This document shows, in pieces, positions 8,998 through 18,392 of a stretch of DNA of 64,000 bases (position 1 is the stretch's first letter; each line of letters starts with the position of its first letter). The position numbers and the translations under genes are program-made. The notes under the pieces are model-generated. The model saw only the letters and a list, made by a program, of their open reading frames with translations, ran no database searches and had not been told where the DNA came from. The stretch is from the NCBI GenBank assembly GCA_902385655.1, contig CABMGO010000006.1, positions 78,499 through 142,498 on the forward strand. Direction: 5' to 3'. Source of the DNA: an uncultured archaeon (lineage in GTDB: Archaea > Nanobdellota > Nanobdellia > Pacearchaeales > GW2011-AR1).

Positions 8998-10026
8998 ATG
9001 GTAGAGATGCAATTAGTTAACAAGATAATAGTTTTCTTTCTAATTGCTTCGCTGTTTGTGGCCGGATTTTTTATTTTAAAACCAATTATTCTATCTATTT
9101 TTATTGGGATTCTCTTAGCTTACATTCTCCAGCCCCTTTATGCTCCTATTAAACGAAGAATCAAAAGTCCAAACATTTCTGTTTCCTTATTTCTTATAAT
9201 AATTGTTATAGTTATTGCTGTGCCTCTTTGGTTTTTCTTACCTACATTTATCCGAGAGATATTTGATTCCTACCTTTATATCCAAAAAATTGATATTGCG
9301 AGTGCAGTAGGAAAAATAGTTAGCTTCTTTTTAAGTGATGAAACTGCGAGAGTTTTTTCAACTCAAATTAATGTAGCTATTGCAAAGTTTTTTTCATTCT
9401 CTTTAGCTTCTTCAGGTGCAGGCCTGTCTAACTTCGGAGACATACTTATTCAGGTTAGCGTAGTCTTTTTTACTCTCTATTTTGGACTGAGGGATTCTCA
9501 CAAATTCGGAGCTTACTTTGCAGAGTTGTCTCCCTTTTCAAAATCAACTGGAGAAAAATTCTCAAAAGAGTTTAGAAATATCACAAACTCTATTGTTTTC
9601 GGTCAAGTAGCGACTGGAGTGATTCAAGGACTTTGTCTGGGATTAGCGCTCTGGCTTTTAGGAATACCTAAGTTTATTTTCTTGACAGTTATTGCAATAA
9701 TTGTTTCAATCATTCCTATTATTGGGGCATGGCTAATTTGGCTTCCTACTTCTTTAATTTTAATTGTATCTGGAAGTGTAAGCAAGGGAATAATTTTATT
9801 TTTCTATGGTTTGCTATTTGTTTCAACAATAGACAACATCCTTAGGCCTTTCTTTATTTCTAGGCAATCTAACATAAACATCTTCATAGCTATCCTAGGA
9901 ACTATCGGGGGACTTTACGTTTTCGGATTCATTGGAGTGATTATTGGTCCGTTAATCTTATCTTATCTAATTATCATAATTGAGTTTTACAGACAAGGTA
10001 AATTAAACGAACTTTTTAGAGACTAA
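8998..10026 (+). CDS. AI-2E family (PerM/UPF0118-like) membrane transporter
   Basis: Multi-TM protein with FGQVATGVIQGL..IPIIGAWLIWLP..DNILRPFFIS. The upstream part of ORF 8833.. overlaps the divergent gene, so the start is taken at MVEMQLV (8998). Confidence 0.7.
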   Translation: MVEMQLVNKIIVFFLIASLFVAGFFILKPIILSIFIGILLAYILQPLYAPIKRRIKSPNISVSLFLIIIVIVIAVPLWFFLPTFIREIFDSYLYIQKIDIASAVGKIVSFFLSDETARVFSTQINVAIAKFFSFSLASSGAGLSNFGDILIQVSVVFFTLYFGLRDSHKFGAYFAELSPFSKSTGEKFSKEFRNITNSIVFGQVATGVIQGLCLGLALWLLGIPKFIFLTVIAIIVSIIPIIGAWLIWLPTSLILIVSGSVSKGIILFFYGLLFVSTIDNILRPFFISRQSNINIFIAILGTIGGLYVFGFIGVIIGPLILSYLIIIIEFYRQGKLNELFRD

Positions 10027-10029
10027 TTA

Positions 10030-11508
10030 ATGAGGCTAAAATCAAAAAATTTGAGGTGGATAGCTGGAAGACCAGTTGTAATTCTTACTGAAAAAGCAGC
10101 AAAAAAATTAAACGTTCATGTCGATGACAGAGTAAAAGTTTCTCTTAACAAAAAAAGTATTTATGCTGTTGTAGATCTATTTGAGGGAGTAGTAAGAGAT
10201 GCTGAAATAGGTCTCTCAAAAGAAATTTCTTCTTATCTAAGAACAAAAGGAAATGAAACTCTTGAAATCTCTACTGCTGAAATGTTTCTAGGGGCAAAAA
10301 TAATTAAGAAGAAACTAGACGGAGCTAGTCTAACAAAGGAAGAGATAGTAAAAGTTGTATCTGAAATTACTAATAATAATCTTACAGAAACTGAAATTGC
10401 ATATTTTGTTTCCGCAGAGAAGAATCAAGGTATGACTCTTCAAGAAACAATTTACCTAACTGAAGCAATGATAAATAGCGGGAAACATATTCATTTCAAA
10501 GATAAAATTGTTGCTGACAAACATTGTATTGGAGGTATAGCGGGGAATAGAACGACTCCAATCGTAGTTTCAATTTGTACTGCTGCAGGACTCAAGATGC
10601 CAAAATCCTCTTCAAGAGCAATTACTTCCGCCTCAGGAACCGCAGATGTAATGGAAACGATAGCAAACGTAGAACTTTCTACAGATAAAATAAAAAAAAT
10701 AGTAGACAAAACAAATGGTTGCTTAGTTTGGGGCGGTTCTCTAGGTCTTGCTCCTTCAGATGATAAGATAATTCAGGTAGAAAGAATCCTTAACCTCGAT
10801 GTAGAACCACAACTTCTTGCTTCGATAATTTCTAAGAAGATTTCAGCAGGTTCAAATAGAATTGTAGTTGATATTCCTTATGGCGGCGGTAAAATGAAAA
10901 CCAAGGGAGAAGCAAAAGCACTTGGAGACAAATTCGCAAAAATCGGAAAACATTTTAATGTAAAGTTTAAACCCGTTTACACTGATGGAACTCAACCAAT
11001 CGGAAATGGTTTCGGCCCAGTACTGGAAATGCAAGACGTGCTATCTGTCTTACGGAATGAGCCCGATTGTCCTCAAGATCTAAAGAAAAAATCGTTGTAC
11101 CTCGCTGCCGAAATAATGTCTCTTTGTGGAATATATTTTGCGGGAAGTAAAGCCAAAAAAATTTTGGAATCTGGAGAAGCTTACAAAAAATTTAAGGAAA
11201 TAGTAAATGCACAGAATGAATCAAAAGATTTTGATAAACGAGTGAAATCATTAAGTTTGGCTAAGGTACACTTTCACTACTATTCTCCAAAAAGCGGGAA
11301 GGTTGTAGAAATAAATAATCAGAAGATAAATTCTTTATGCAGAATCCTTGGTACTCCAGAAAACCCTCGAGCAGGTGTTTATCTTCATAGACATCTAGGT
11401 AAAGTAAAAGAAGGCGATGATCTTCTTACTCTTTATTCAGAAAGCGAAGAAAGATTAAAAGACGCAGAGAAATTTTTGTTAGAATATCAACCTATCAAGA
11501 TAGTTTAA
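10030..11508 (+). CDS. deoA: AMP phosphorylase / archaeal thymidine phosphorylase family
   Basis: 492 aa with the N-terminal archaeal extension (RPVVILTEKAAKKLNVHVDDRVKV) and a glycosyltransferase family 3 core (DKHCIGGIAGNRTTP, SSRAITSASGTAD). Confidence 0.8.
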   Translation: MRLKSKNLRWIAGRPVVILTEKAAKKLNVHVDDRVKVSLNKKSIYAVVDLFEGVVRDAEIGLSKEISSYLRTKGNETLEISTAEMFLGAKIIKKKLDGASLTKEEIVKVVSEITNNNLTETEIAYFVSAEKNQGMTLQETIYLTEAMINSGKHIHFKDKIVADKHCIGGIAGNRTTPIVVSICTAAGLKMPKSSSRAITSASGTADVMETIANVELSTDKIKKIVDKTNGCLVWGGSLGLAPSDDKIIQVERILNLDVEPQLLASIISKKISAGSNRIVVDIPYGGGKMKTKGEAKALGDKFAKIGKHFNVKFKPVYTDGTQPIGNGFGPVLEMQDVLSVLRNEPDCPQDLKKKSLYLAAEIMSLCGIYFAGSKAKKILESGEAYKKFKEIVNAQNESKDFDKRVKSLSLAKVHFHYYSPKSGKVVEINNQKINSLCRILGTPENPRAGVYLHRHLGKVKEGDDLLTLYSESEERLKDAEKFLLEYQPIKIV

Positions 11509-12280
11509 TCAACTTGCTTGGTTTTAGTTTTGTCGATAAAGATATTTTTGTTTTCAAATCTTTTCTACTTTTTATAAAATCCTGATGCGTTTTCATGGCA
11601 AGCTCTTGTGTATTGTTATGCTCGCTTATATGTGACAAAACTACTTCTTTCAATTTTTTACTAGCATTTTCAGTTACTCCCGTTGCAGCTTGGTTATTTG
11701 AAAGATGCCCATCATTTCCTCCGACCCACTTTTTCAAAAAGTAAGGATACGGCCCATTTTGTAGCATAACTGGATCATGGTTTGACTCAAGAAAAAGGAC
11801 ATTCGTCTCTGAAATTTCTCTTGCAACATTTTCACATATATGTCCTAAGTCAGTAATTATTGAAGCTTTTTCCTTACCATTTTTTTCTTTTAATGTAAAA
11901 CCTATTGGTTCGACTGCTTTATGGGATTTTAAAAAAGAACTTACTTCAATTCCGGAAATTACATTAGTTTCATTAGCACCAATTGTTTGAACTAATTCCT
12001 CCTTGTTACAAAGGAAACTTGTTTGAACTAGTTTCTTCGTCGCAAAAATTGGAATATTAAATTTTCTAGCAAAAACATATGCACCTTTTTTATGATCTGA
12101 ATGTTCGTGAGTGATAAAAATAGCATTTATTTTTGAAGGATCTTTACATACCAAATTCATTCTTTCCTCTATTTGTTTACAACTAATTCCTGCATCAATT
12201 AAAATGCCTTTATCTTTTTTACCAGCAAAATAACAATTCCCAGAACTTCCAGATGCCAAAGCACAAACCTCCATAATCAA
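11495..12280 (-). CDS. MBL-fold metallo-hydrolase
   Basis: SGSSGNC..ILIDAG..ITHEHSDH metal-binding motif. Confidence 0.75.
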   Translation of the reverse strand: MIMEVCALASGSSGNCYFAGKKDKGILIDAGISCKQIEERMNLVCKDPSKINAIFITHEHSDHKKGAYVFARKFNIPIFATKKLVQTSFLCNKEELVQTIGANETNVISGIEVSSFLKSHKAVEPIGFTLKEKNGKEKASIITDLGHICENVAREISETNVLFLESNHDPVMLQNGPYPYFLKKWVGGNDGHLSNNQAATGVTENASKKLKEVVLSHISEHNNTQELAMKTHQDFIKSRKDLKTKISLSTKLKPSKLIKLS

Positions 12281-12359
12281 GTCAGTCTTTGTTTTATTAA
12301 AAATCTATCTGTGACTCATTTTTCACAACGCTTTAAAATACTCTTTTAGTGTTTATACT

Positions 12360-13184
12360 ATGGACGTTTCGTTAGAAAGGCCTCTTCTTGGAGGAAAAAT
12401 TAATTTTATTGCATATGATTGTCCGGAACAAATAGCCTTGCCAGTACTTGACGAAGCATATACTTTGGGTAAGAAACTAGAGGAAGTATTCAGCCTATAT
12501 TCTTCAACAAGCGAACTATCAAAGTTAAATAAAAAAAGAACTCTCCCAGTTTCAGAAGATCTTTTGTTTGTTATTTCTAAAGCTTTAGAATATTGCAAAC
12601 TGACTAAAGGAGAGTATGATATTTCCTTAGGAAAAAAAATTATTGCAAGAAAAAAAGGAGAAGAAATTGAAGTAAGTTGTTCTTACAAAGATATTTCAAT
12701 AAATGGGAATAAAATCTCTCTGTTAAATCCTGATGTTTTAATTGACCTGGGAAGTATAGCGAAAGGATTTATCGTAGACAAACTAGTTTCTTTTCTAAAA
12801 GAAAAGGGAATAAAAAATGGTTTAGTCAATGCTCGAGGAGATCTAAGAGTTTTTGGAGATATAGAACAACCAATGGGCATACAACATCCTAGAGGCAAAG
12901 AAAAAATAATTCACTCATTTATTTTAAAGAATCAAGCAGTTGCAACTTCGGGGGATTATAATCAATTTATTAAAAAATATGATCAAAGTCATATACTAAA
13001 TAAAAAAGATCTAATCTCTGCAACCGTTTTGGCAAACACTACCATGGAAGCAGATGTTCTTACTAGCGTAGTCTTTCTTCTTGATGAAAAATCTCGAGAA
13101 GATTTCCTAAAGAAAAATAAAACCCTTCGGGTTTTCGCTGTTAACAAAGAATTAAAAATAAAAAAGTACAACAACTTTCCGTAA
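12360..13184 (+). CDS. apbE: FAD:protein FMN transferase (ApbE family)
   Basis: GSIAKGFIVDK..NARGDLRVFG..AVATSGDY pattern of ApbE. Confidence 0.75.
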   Translation: MDVSLERPLLGGKINFIAYDCPEQIALPVLDEAYTLGKKLEEVFSLYSSTSELSKLNKKRTLPVSEDLLFVISKALEYCKLTKGEYDISLGKKIIARKKGEEIEVSCSYKDISINGNKISLLNPDVLIDLGSIAKGFIVDKLVSFLKEKGIKNGLVNARGDLRVFGDIEQPMGIQHPRGKEKIIHSFILKNQAVATSGDYNQFIKKYDQSHILNKKDLISATVLANTTMEADVLTSVVFLLDEKSREDFLKKNKTLRVFAVNKELKIKKYNNFP

Positions 13185-13185
13185 A

Positions 13186-14475
13186 ATGAAAACAAAATTT
13201 ATTGGTCCAATATTGATAGCTGCCTTATCAGTTTTAACTTTTTTAATTTGGTTTCTAGTCAGACAAGGTACTCCAATGTTCGCGGATTATTCAGTCGCAA
13301 CACATAGTCTAGGGCAGATAGCTGGCTTAATTGGCTTGACTTTATTCGCACTTACCTTTGTTTTTACAACAAGACTAAAAATTGTTGAAGACTCTTTCGG
13401 TGGTTTAGACAAAGTGTATCAAGTTCATCATTTACTAGGATCTCTTTCATTTATCTTAATTTTGTTTCACCCTCTTTTATTAGTCATCAAATTTATTCCT
13501 TCTAACTGGCCACTTGCAGCAAAATATCTTTTACCTAGTTCAAGTGTGGCAGTAAACCTTGGAATAACTGCTCTTTTAGCGATGATAATTTTAATTGCAT
13601 TAACAATTTACATTAATTTAAAATATGAAACTTGGAAAGGTTCTCACAGACTTTTCGGATTTGTTTTTATCATCGCATTTTTCCACAGTTTTATGATAAC
13701 CAGTGATATCTCTCGTTACAATCTTCTAAAGTTCTATATGTTGTTTATTTGTGCCTTAGGAATAATTTCTTTTGTCTATGGTTCATTTATTAGACCAAAG
13801 ATAAAAGATTATCCATATAAACTAAAGGACATTAAATCAAGAGGCAATGTAACTATTTTAGAACTAGAACCTATAAACGAAAAGATAGCTTTCAAACCAG
13901 GACAATTTGTGTTCCTTAAAACAAATCCTAAAGAGCAACATCCTTTCACAATTGCATCTTCTCCAGAAGAGAATAATATTGTTCTCATGATAAAATCTTT
14001 AGGAGATTATACTTCTAAGATCAAAGAATTAAAGAAAGGTACTCTAGTTTCGATTGAAGGTCCATATGGAAAAATGTGGGAAGAACTTTCTTCTTCACAA
14101 AAACCTCAAGTTTGGATTGCAGGAGGAATTGGAATAACTCCTTTCTCAAGTTTTGTTTCCCATATAGCAAAAACAAAATCTCTTAAACAAAAAATAGACT
14201 TGTTTTATTGTACTAGTAATAACGGCGAAGCATTCTTATTAGAAACTTTGCTTGAACAAGCTAAGGCGATTCCTAACTTAAGAATACATGATTTTTGTTC
14301 AGCAGACAAGGGAAGAATAGATCTACAAAAAATAGAATCTGTCGTCGGAAAGATAGAAGGAAAGAAATTTGTTCTATGCGGTCCTTTGCCAATGATGGAA
14401 TCAATTTCAAAACAACTAAAACAAAAAGGGTTTTCTAAAAATGACATCCTTTACGAAAATTTTAACTTAAAATGA
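13186..14475 (+). CDS. ferric-reductase-like transmembrane flavocytochrome (NOX/FRE-type, TM domain + FAD + NAD(P) domains)
   Basis: Six TM helices with conserved His pairs, then HPFTIASSP (FAD site) and GGIGITPF (NAD(P) site). Confidence 0.75.
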   Translation: MKTKFIGPILIAALSVLTFLIWFLVRQGTPMFADYSVATHSLGQIAGLIGLTLFALTFVFTTRLKIVEDSFGGLDKVYQVHHLLGSLSFILILFHPLLLVIKFIPSNWPLAAKYLLPSSSVAVNLGITALLAMIILIALTIYINLKYETWKGSHRLFGFVFIIAFFHSFMITSDISRYNLLKFYMLFICALGIISFVYGSFIRPKIKDYPYKLKDIKSRGNVTILELEPINEKIAFKPGQFVFLKTNPKEQHPFTIASSPEENNIVLMIKSLGDYTSKIKELKKGTLVSIEGPYGKMWEELSSSQKPQVWIAGGIGITPFSSFVSHIAKTKSLKQKIDLFYCTSNNGEAFLLETLLEQAKAIPNLRIHDFCSADKGRIDLQKIESVVGKIEGKKFVLCGPLPMMESISKQLKQKGFSKNDILYENFNLK

Positions 14476-14717
14476 AAATAAAAACATTCACAACCGTAGC
14501 TCTTTTAATTTTCTTATTAGTTTCTGCAGCAATAATTTACTTCGGTTTATTCAAAACGCCCTTGCAATCTTCAAACATTCAAGATAACTTGAGTTTAATA
14601 AAAAAAGATGAACAGAATTTAACAGTTACTCCGATTGTCGACCAACAGCCAACTACGACACCAACTCAAACTTCTACACCAGTAATTCGACCTCCAGTTA
14701 GAACAAGCGCATCATGA
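14472..14717 (+). CDS. small membrane-anchored Thr/Pro-rich protein
   Basis: 81-aa ORF with an N-terminal TM helix, overlapping the stop of the upstream reductase gene by 4 nt. Confidence 0.5.
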   Translation: MKIKTFTTVALLIFLLVSAAIIYFGLFKTPLQSSNIQDNLSLIKKDEQNLTVTPIVDQQPTTTPTQTSTPVIRPPVRTSAS

Positions 14718-14733
14718 TTTTAGAAAAAAGAAA

Positions 14734-14835
14734 ACGCCCGGATCCTGCTCACATTTTGCATTTCGCAAATAAATTTCTAAAAAACAGTTTTGCTCAAAGC
14801 GAAATGTTCAAATCGAACTGTTCGATTCTGAAGGA
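14734..14835 (-). repeat. tRNA-trailer cassette (family 1) downstream of tRNA-Ser, ending in a 12-nt re-copy of the tRNA 3' end
   Basis: ACGCCCGGATCC at 14835-14846 recurs at 14734-14745. Between the copies (tRNA sense): hairpin TTCAGAATCGA/TCGATTTGAA, then the core TTCGCTTTGAGCAAA..TTTGCGAAATGCAAAATGTGAGCAG. Confidence 0.85.
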
Positions 14836-14970
14836 CGCCCGGATCCAGAATCGAACTGGAAAAACCTTGCGGTAACCGGTTTGCTTGAGTTCTCGACGAA
14901 CGAGAGCATTGAAAATCGCCGAAGCGATTTACTGTTCAAGACCGGCGCAGTACCATTGTGCCATCCGGGC
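14836..14970 (-). tRNA. tRNA-Ser(UGA) with a 53-nt intron at the canonical 37/38 position (intron 14882-14934)
   Basis: Hand fold: acceptor GCCCGGA/TCCGGGC, 3-bp D stem, anticodon stem CCGGT/ACCGG, loop CTTGAA|A, long variable arm ACC-GCAA-GGT, T arm TCCAG-TTCGATT-CTGGA. The intron 3' end TCAAG pairs with CTTGA of the anticodon loop. Confidence 0.85.
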
Positions 14971-15039
14971 AGGAAAGCATAAAACTGATTAGAATTAATG
15001 CTTTTTAAGATTTGAGGTTTTGAGGAGGACTTAATAATT

Positions 15040-15402
15040 TTAAATTTTTATCCAACCATTAAGAACAAAAATCAGCATTAATCCGAAGAGCACAATAAAT
15101 AACCCAACAAAAATTCTAAATAAGTAACCGAACAAAGTCAACCCTTTTTTTACGGGAGTAACTTTTTCTCGTTTGTCTACTAGGCCTCCTACGTAATATT
15201 CTCGCTCTTTAACTGTAAGAGTAATAATAGACAGTCCAAATAATTCAATGATGAAAAATAAAAAGTATAGGCTTGCCAACTTAAGGTTATCTGGAATAAT
15301 GCTTATTGTAGACGCTAAAAAAAGTATAATTGTCAATATAAATACATAATCATTATTTGCTTTCTGCCATTCAAAATTCATTCTTTCTAATTCTTTACTC
15401 AT
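15040..15402 (-). CDS. hypothetical membrane protein
   Basis: 120-aa ORF with 3-4 predicted TM helices. Confidence 0.55.
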   Translation of the reverse strand: MSKELERMNFEWQKANNDYVFILTIILFLASTISIIPDNLKLASLYFLFFIIELFGLSIITLTVKEREYYVGGLVDKREKVTPVKKGLTLFGYLFRIFVGLFIVLFGLMLIFVLNGWIKI

Positions 15403-15602
15403 AAAATTTCAATAATCCAGGACTATATAAAGGTGCTATTCTAAGAACCTAAAGAATCCTTCCCAAACTATCTTAGCCACATCTTCTGTGTTAGATAGTC
15501 AAAATCCAAGTCAAACTAAATAAGCTCAGTTCATGACTCGGATAAGTCTTAAACAGCAAAGCTAAACTTAACTTCGCTATCCAAGATTAAACAAAACTAT
15601 GT

Positions 15603-15890
15603 TTAACCGAATAATGAAGCTAAGCCTTCAGCTGCCTCAGCTTTTGGCTCTTCTTTCTTCTCTTCCTTTGGTGCTTCTGCTGCTTTGCCGCTTCCAGCTG
15701 CCGGAGCTGCTGCGATAGCTGCATTTGCAAGTTGCTCGTCAATGTTCACACCGTTCAATGAAGCAACAAGGACTTTAACCTTGCTTTCATCTACAGATGC
15801 GCCTGTAGCTACAATAACTTTCTTCACGTTATCTTCGCTAACAGCTTGTCCAAGCTTGTGCAACAAAAGTGCCGCATATATGTATTCCAT
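15603..15890 (-). CDS. rpl12: 50S ribosomal stalk protein P1 (aP1/L12e)
   Basis: [11 protein letters not shown] start, an Ala-rich hinge and the acidic C-terminal EGLASLFG. Confidence 0.92.
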   Translation of the reverse strand: MEYIYAALLLHKLGQAVSEDNVKKVIVATGASVDESKVKVLVASLNGVNIDEQLANAAIAAAPAAGSGKAAEAPKEEKKEEPKAEAAEGLASLFG

Positions 15891-15892
15891 TT

Positions 15893-16672
15893 TTATTGGT
15901 TATCTCCAGTTTTAATTAGAGATTTTAATGCATTTTCGTGTGATGCTGCTTTTCCTAAAACAAAAGGTAATGTTTCTTTTGTTACAAAAGGCATGTTTAC
16001 AGCGAATGCTAATGCTTTTGAATACATCGATAAGAAGTCTTTCATGAACTCTTCTTTGTTTATCTTGATTCCAGTATAAACTTTTCCGTTGGAAAATGCT
16101 GCAACTGGTTCAATTCCAATCTTGAATGGGATAATGTTTAACTTTGCTAAAATTGCTGCTCTCTCAGGGGTGATTGGTTCGCCTTTCTTACAAACGATTG
16201 CTCTTGCTTGAATTGCTAATTTACCATTTTCTACTTTAACTTTCAAACCTACTGCAGACAATGCAGAAATATCTGGGCCAGGTATTAAATCTGTTCCGCC
16301 AGCTTCAGCATAAATATCTTCTTCAGGTACTTGTCCTGCCTTTGCTTTTGCAGGTGTTTTAGAATCTGCAAGCATTCCTGAAATAATAAATGCATCTTCA
16401 TCAGAAAATAAAATTGCACAATCAGCACCAACATTCTTTTCTAAATCTTTCAAAGCAGGTATTCCTGCATGTTCTAAAGCAAAATTAACTAATGTTGATT
16501 TAGCGACGATAATTTTACCAACAGCTCTCAAATTCTTTTTAATTTCTTGGAATTGTGCAGCTGGAAGTCCTTTGATAGAAACAATCATAACTGTTTTTTT
16601 CTTCATCAATTCAGTAAGTTCTTTTACTACTTTCTTCTTTGATTCAGAAACATGTGTTTTTGCTGCTACCAT
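15893..16672 (-). CDS. rpl10: 50S ribosomal protein uL10 (P0)
   Basis: 259-aa protein between uL1 and P1 with the uL10 N-domain ([21 protein letters not shown]). Confidence 0.88.
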   Translation of the reverse strand: MVAAKTHVSESKKKVVKELTELMKKKTVMIVSIKGLPAAQFQEIKKNLRAVGKIIVAKSTLVNFALEHAGIPALKDLEKNVGADCAILFSDEDAFIISGMLADSKTPAKAKAGQVPEEDIYAEAGGTDLIPGPDISALSAVGLKVKVENGKLAIQARAIVCKKGEPITPERAAILAKLNIIPFKIGIEPVAAFSNGKVYTGIKINKEEFMKDFLSMYSKALAFAVNMPFVTKETLPFVLGKAASHENALKSLIKTGDNQ

Positions 16673-16673
16673 T

Positions 16674-17285
16674 TTATTTGTCTAAATCCACTGGTGCGGA
16701 CATAGTCCATTTTAATTGAATATTTTTTATATTATCTCTCTTGTTTGGAAGCAAGTTCATAAGATCGTTCATAACTGAAGAAATATTTTCTTCAAGTTGT
16801 TTATCAGACATATCTTCTCTTCCTACTGAAAGTTTGATACTCTTTTCTTTGATTCTTAATCTTGTTGTCTTAGACATCTTCTCAATCATTGCTTTGATTG
16901 CAGTGTCATTTTCTTGCATAATAACTCCGCCCTGAGGTGTAGGCATTTTTCCAACCGGACCTAAAACTCTACCGAATTTTGTAGCAACAGCACCCATTAA
17001 TGGAGCAGCAGCAAGGAAAACATCATATCTTTTTGCAAGTCTCTTTATTTGTTTATTATCTTTGTATAATTCAAATTCTTCCTTGACAATTGTGTCAACA
17101 AGAGGTGATTTTTTACTTAAGAATGCACAAATCTTTTTTGCTGGTGGATGTGGTAAAGCCACAAAAGTATTAATCGCTTCTTTTCTCGGATCAATTTTTT
17201 GCAAGTTAATAACTATGTCTAAAGATTGAACAAACTTTCTTTTTTCAGCACTTCTCAATTGTTTTATTGCTTCTGTTGACTTCAT
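16674..17285 (-). CDS. rpl1: 50S ribosomal protein uL1
   Basis: 203 aa with FVQSLDIVINL..FLAAAPLMGAVATKFGRVLGPVGKMP, the uL1 pattern. Confidence 0.9.
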   Translation of the reverse strand: MKSTEAIKQLRSAEKRKFVQSLDIVINLQKIDPRKEAINTFVALPHPPAKKICAFLSKKSPLVDTIVKEEFELYKDNKQIKRLAKRYDVFLAAAPLMGAVATKFGRVLGPVGKMPTPQGGVIMQENDTAIKAMIEKMSKTTRLRIKEKSIKLSVGREDMSDKQLEENISSVMNDLMNLLPNKRDNIKNIQLKWTMSAPVDLDK

Positions 17286-17470
17286 GTTAATATGTAAAGA
17301 CTTTTCCCTACCAAATCTTCAACTTAATGTAAGACTCTCTTGCGAGACGCGTTGGTTATTGGTCTTAGTAAAAATTATCTATTTCTTGGGTTTAAAAACA
17401 CTTCGGTTTATTTTTTCTCCTTTCTTTTTATCACATAAATCCTTTTAAACAGATAAGTTTCTAAACAAAC

Positions 17471-17836
17471 ATGGCACAACTCGTTGCATTACTGTCTAAA
17501 GGCGAAGGAACTTGGGGACAAGTTTCAGGATTGATAAAAAGGGGAGAATGGGAAAAAATAATCGTTATTGGAGACACCTATGCAAAAAATTTTATGGTTG
17601 AGGGTGCGCAATTTGATTTTGTCGAAGCAGATTTAGAAAAACCGCTGGTTGCATTAAAGCAAGAATTAACAACAAAATTGAAACCGAAATTAGACTCCGA
17701 TTTTTCATCAGAAGTTTCTCTTTCTATCGCATCTGGAACAGGAAAAGAACACATGGCTCTTGTCTCGGCACTTTTGGCAATTCCTGTTGGAGTTAGATTC
17801 ACAGCACTAACTAAAGATGGAATAGTATTCTTGTAA
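17471..17836 (+). CDS. hypothetical protein
   Basis: 121-aa ORF. The SGTGKEHMAL segment is faintly Rossmann/CARF-like, but this is not enough to call. Confidence 0.55.
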   Translation: MAQLVALLSKGEGTWGQVSGLIKRGEWEKIIVIGDTYAKNFMVEGAQFDFVEADLEKPLVALKQELTTKLKPKLDSDFSSEVSLSIASGTGKEHMALVSALLAIPVGVRFTALTKDGIVFL

Positions 17837-18097
17837 ATGAAAGATTATTCTCCACAAGTGACTGAAGGAGATAGGAAAGGATTTAACATTGCATGTTATG
17901 GGCTTATTGGGATGGGGGCTGCAACTTTATTGGCACTAGGGGGACTAGCCTACTCAAGCAATACTTTTAGACAAAGGATTTCTCAAGAATTATGGCCTAT
18001 CTCCCCAAGTATAGAAAATAAATTGAATTCAGAAAATATAAATTCTTCGAGTAATGCTAATCTTCAGATGACACAATTACTCCTTCAAACTAATTAA
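17837..18097 (+). CDS. hypothetical small membrane protein
   Basis: 86-aa ORF with one TM helix, abutting the upstream ORF. Confidence 0.45.
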   Translation: MKDYSPQVTEGDRKGFNIACYGLIGMGAATLLALGGLAYSSNTFRQRISQELWPISPSIENKLNSENINSSSNANLQMTQLLLQTN

Positions 18098-18104
18098 AAA
18101 TAAA

Positions 18105-18392
18105 ATGACTTCCGTTAATGCATCTCACATTTTGGTAAAAACTGAAAAAGAAGCTTTAGATATTCTACATCAAATAGTCGCTAAAGAAATTACTTTTGAG
18201 GATGCAGCAAGAAAATATTCTTTTTGTCCATCAAAAAGACAGGGCGGAAGTTTAGGTAACTTCGGAAAAGGAATGATGGTTCAAGAATTCGAAGAAGCAT
18301 GCTTCAGCGATAAAAACAAAGTCGGAGACGTTGTAGGTCCAATAAAAACCCAGTTTGGTTTTCATTTAATAAAAATTAACTCTCGAAATTAA
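18105..18392 (+). CDS. parvulin-type peptidyl-prolyl isomerase
   Basis: ASHILV..CPSKRQGGSLGNFGKGMMVQEFE..FGFHLIK, the PpiC/parvulin pattern. Confidence 0.85.
   Translation: MTSVNASHILVKTEKEALDILHQIVAKEITFEDAARKYSFCPSKRQGGSLGNFGKGMMVQEFEEACFSDKNKVGDVVGPIKTQFGFHLIKINSRN

Noticed and set aside
14700-14717. The C-terminal RTSAS of the 81-aa ORF as an ApbE flavinylation motif.
   Set aside because: It only loosely resembles [S/T]GA[S/T], it sits at the very C-terminus, and no FMN-binding domain surrounds it. It is kept only as a remark in the cluster finding.
17300-17360. The hairpin TCTC-GCAA-GAGA in the uL1 operon leader as an L1 autoregulatory site.
   Set aside because: I cannot verify similarity to the 23S L1-binding site by eye. 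It is a single small GNRA hairpin and is not distinctive.
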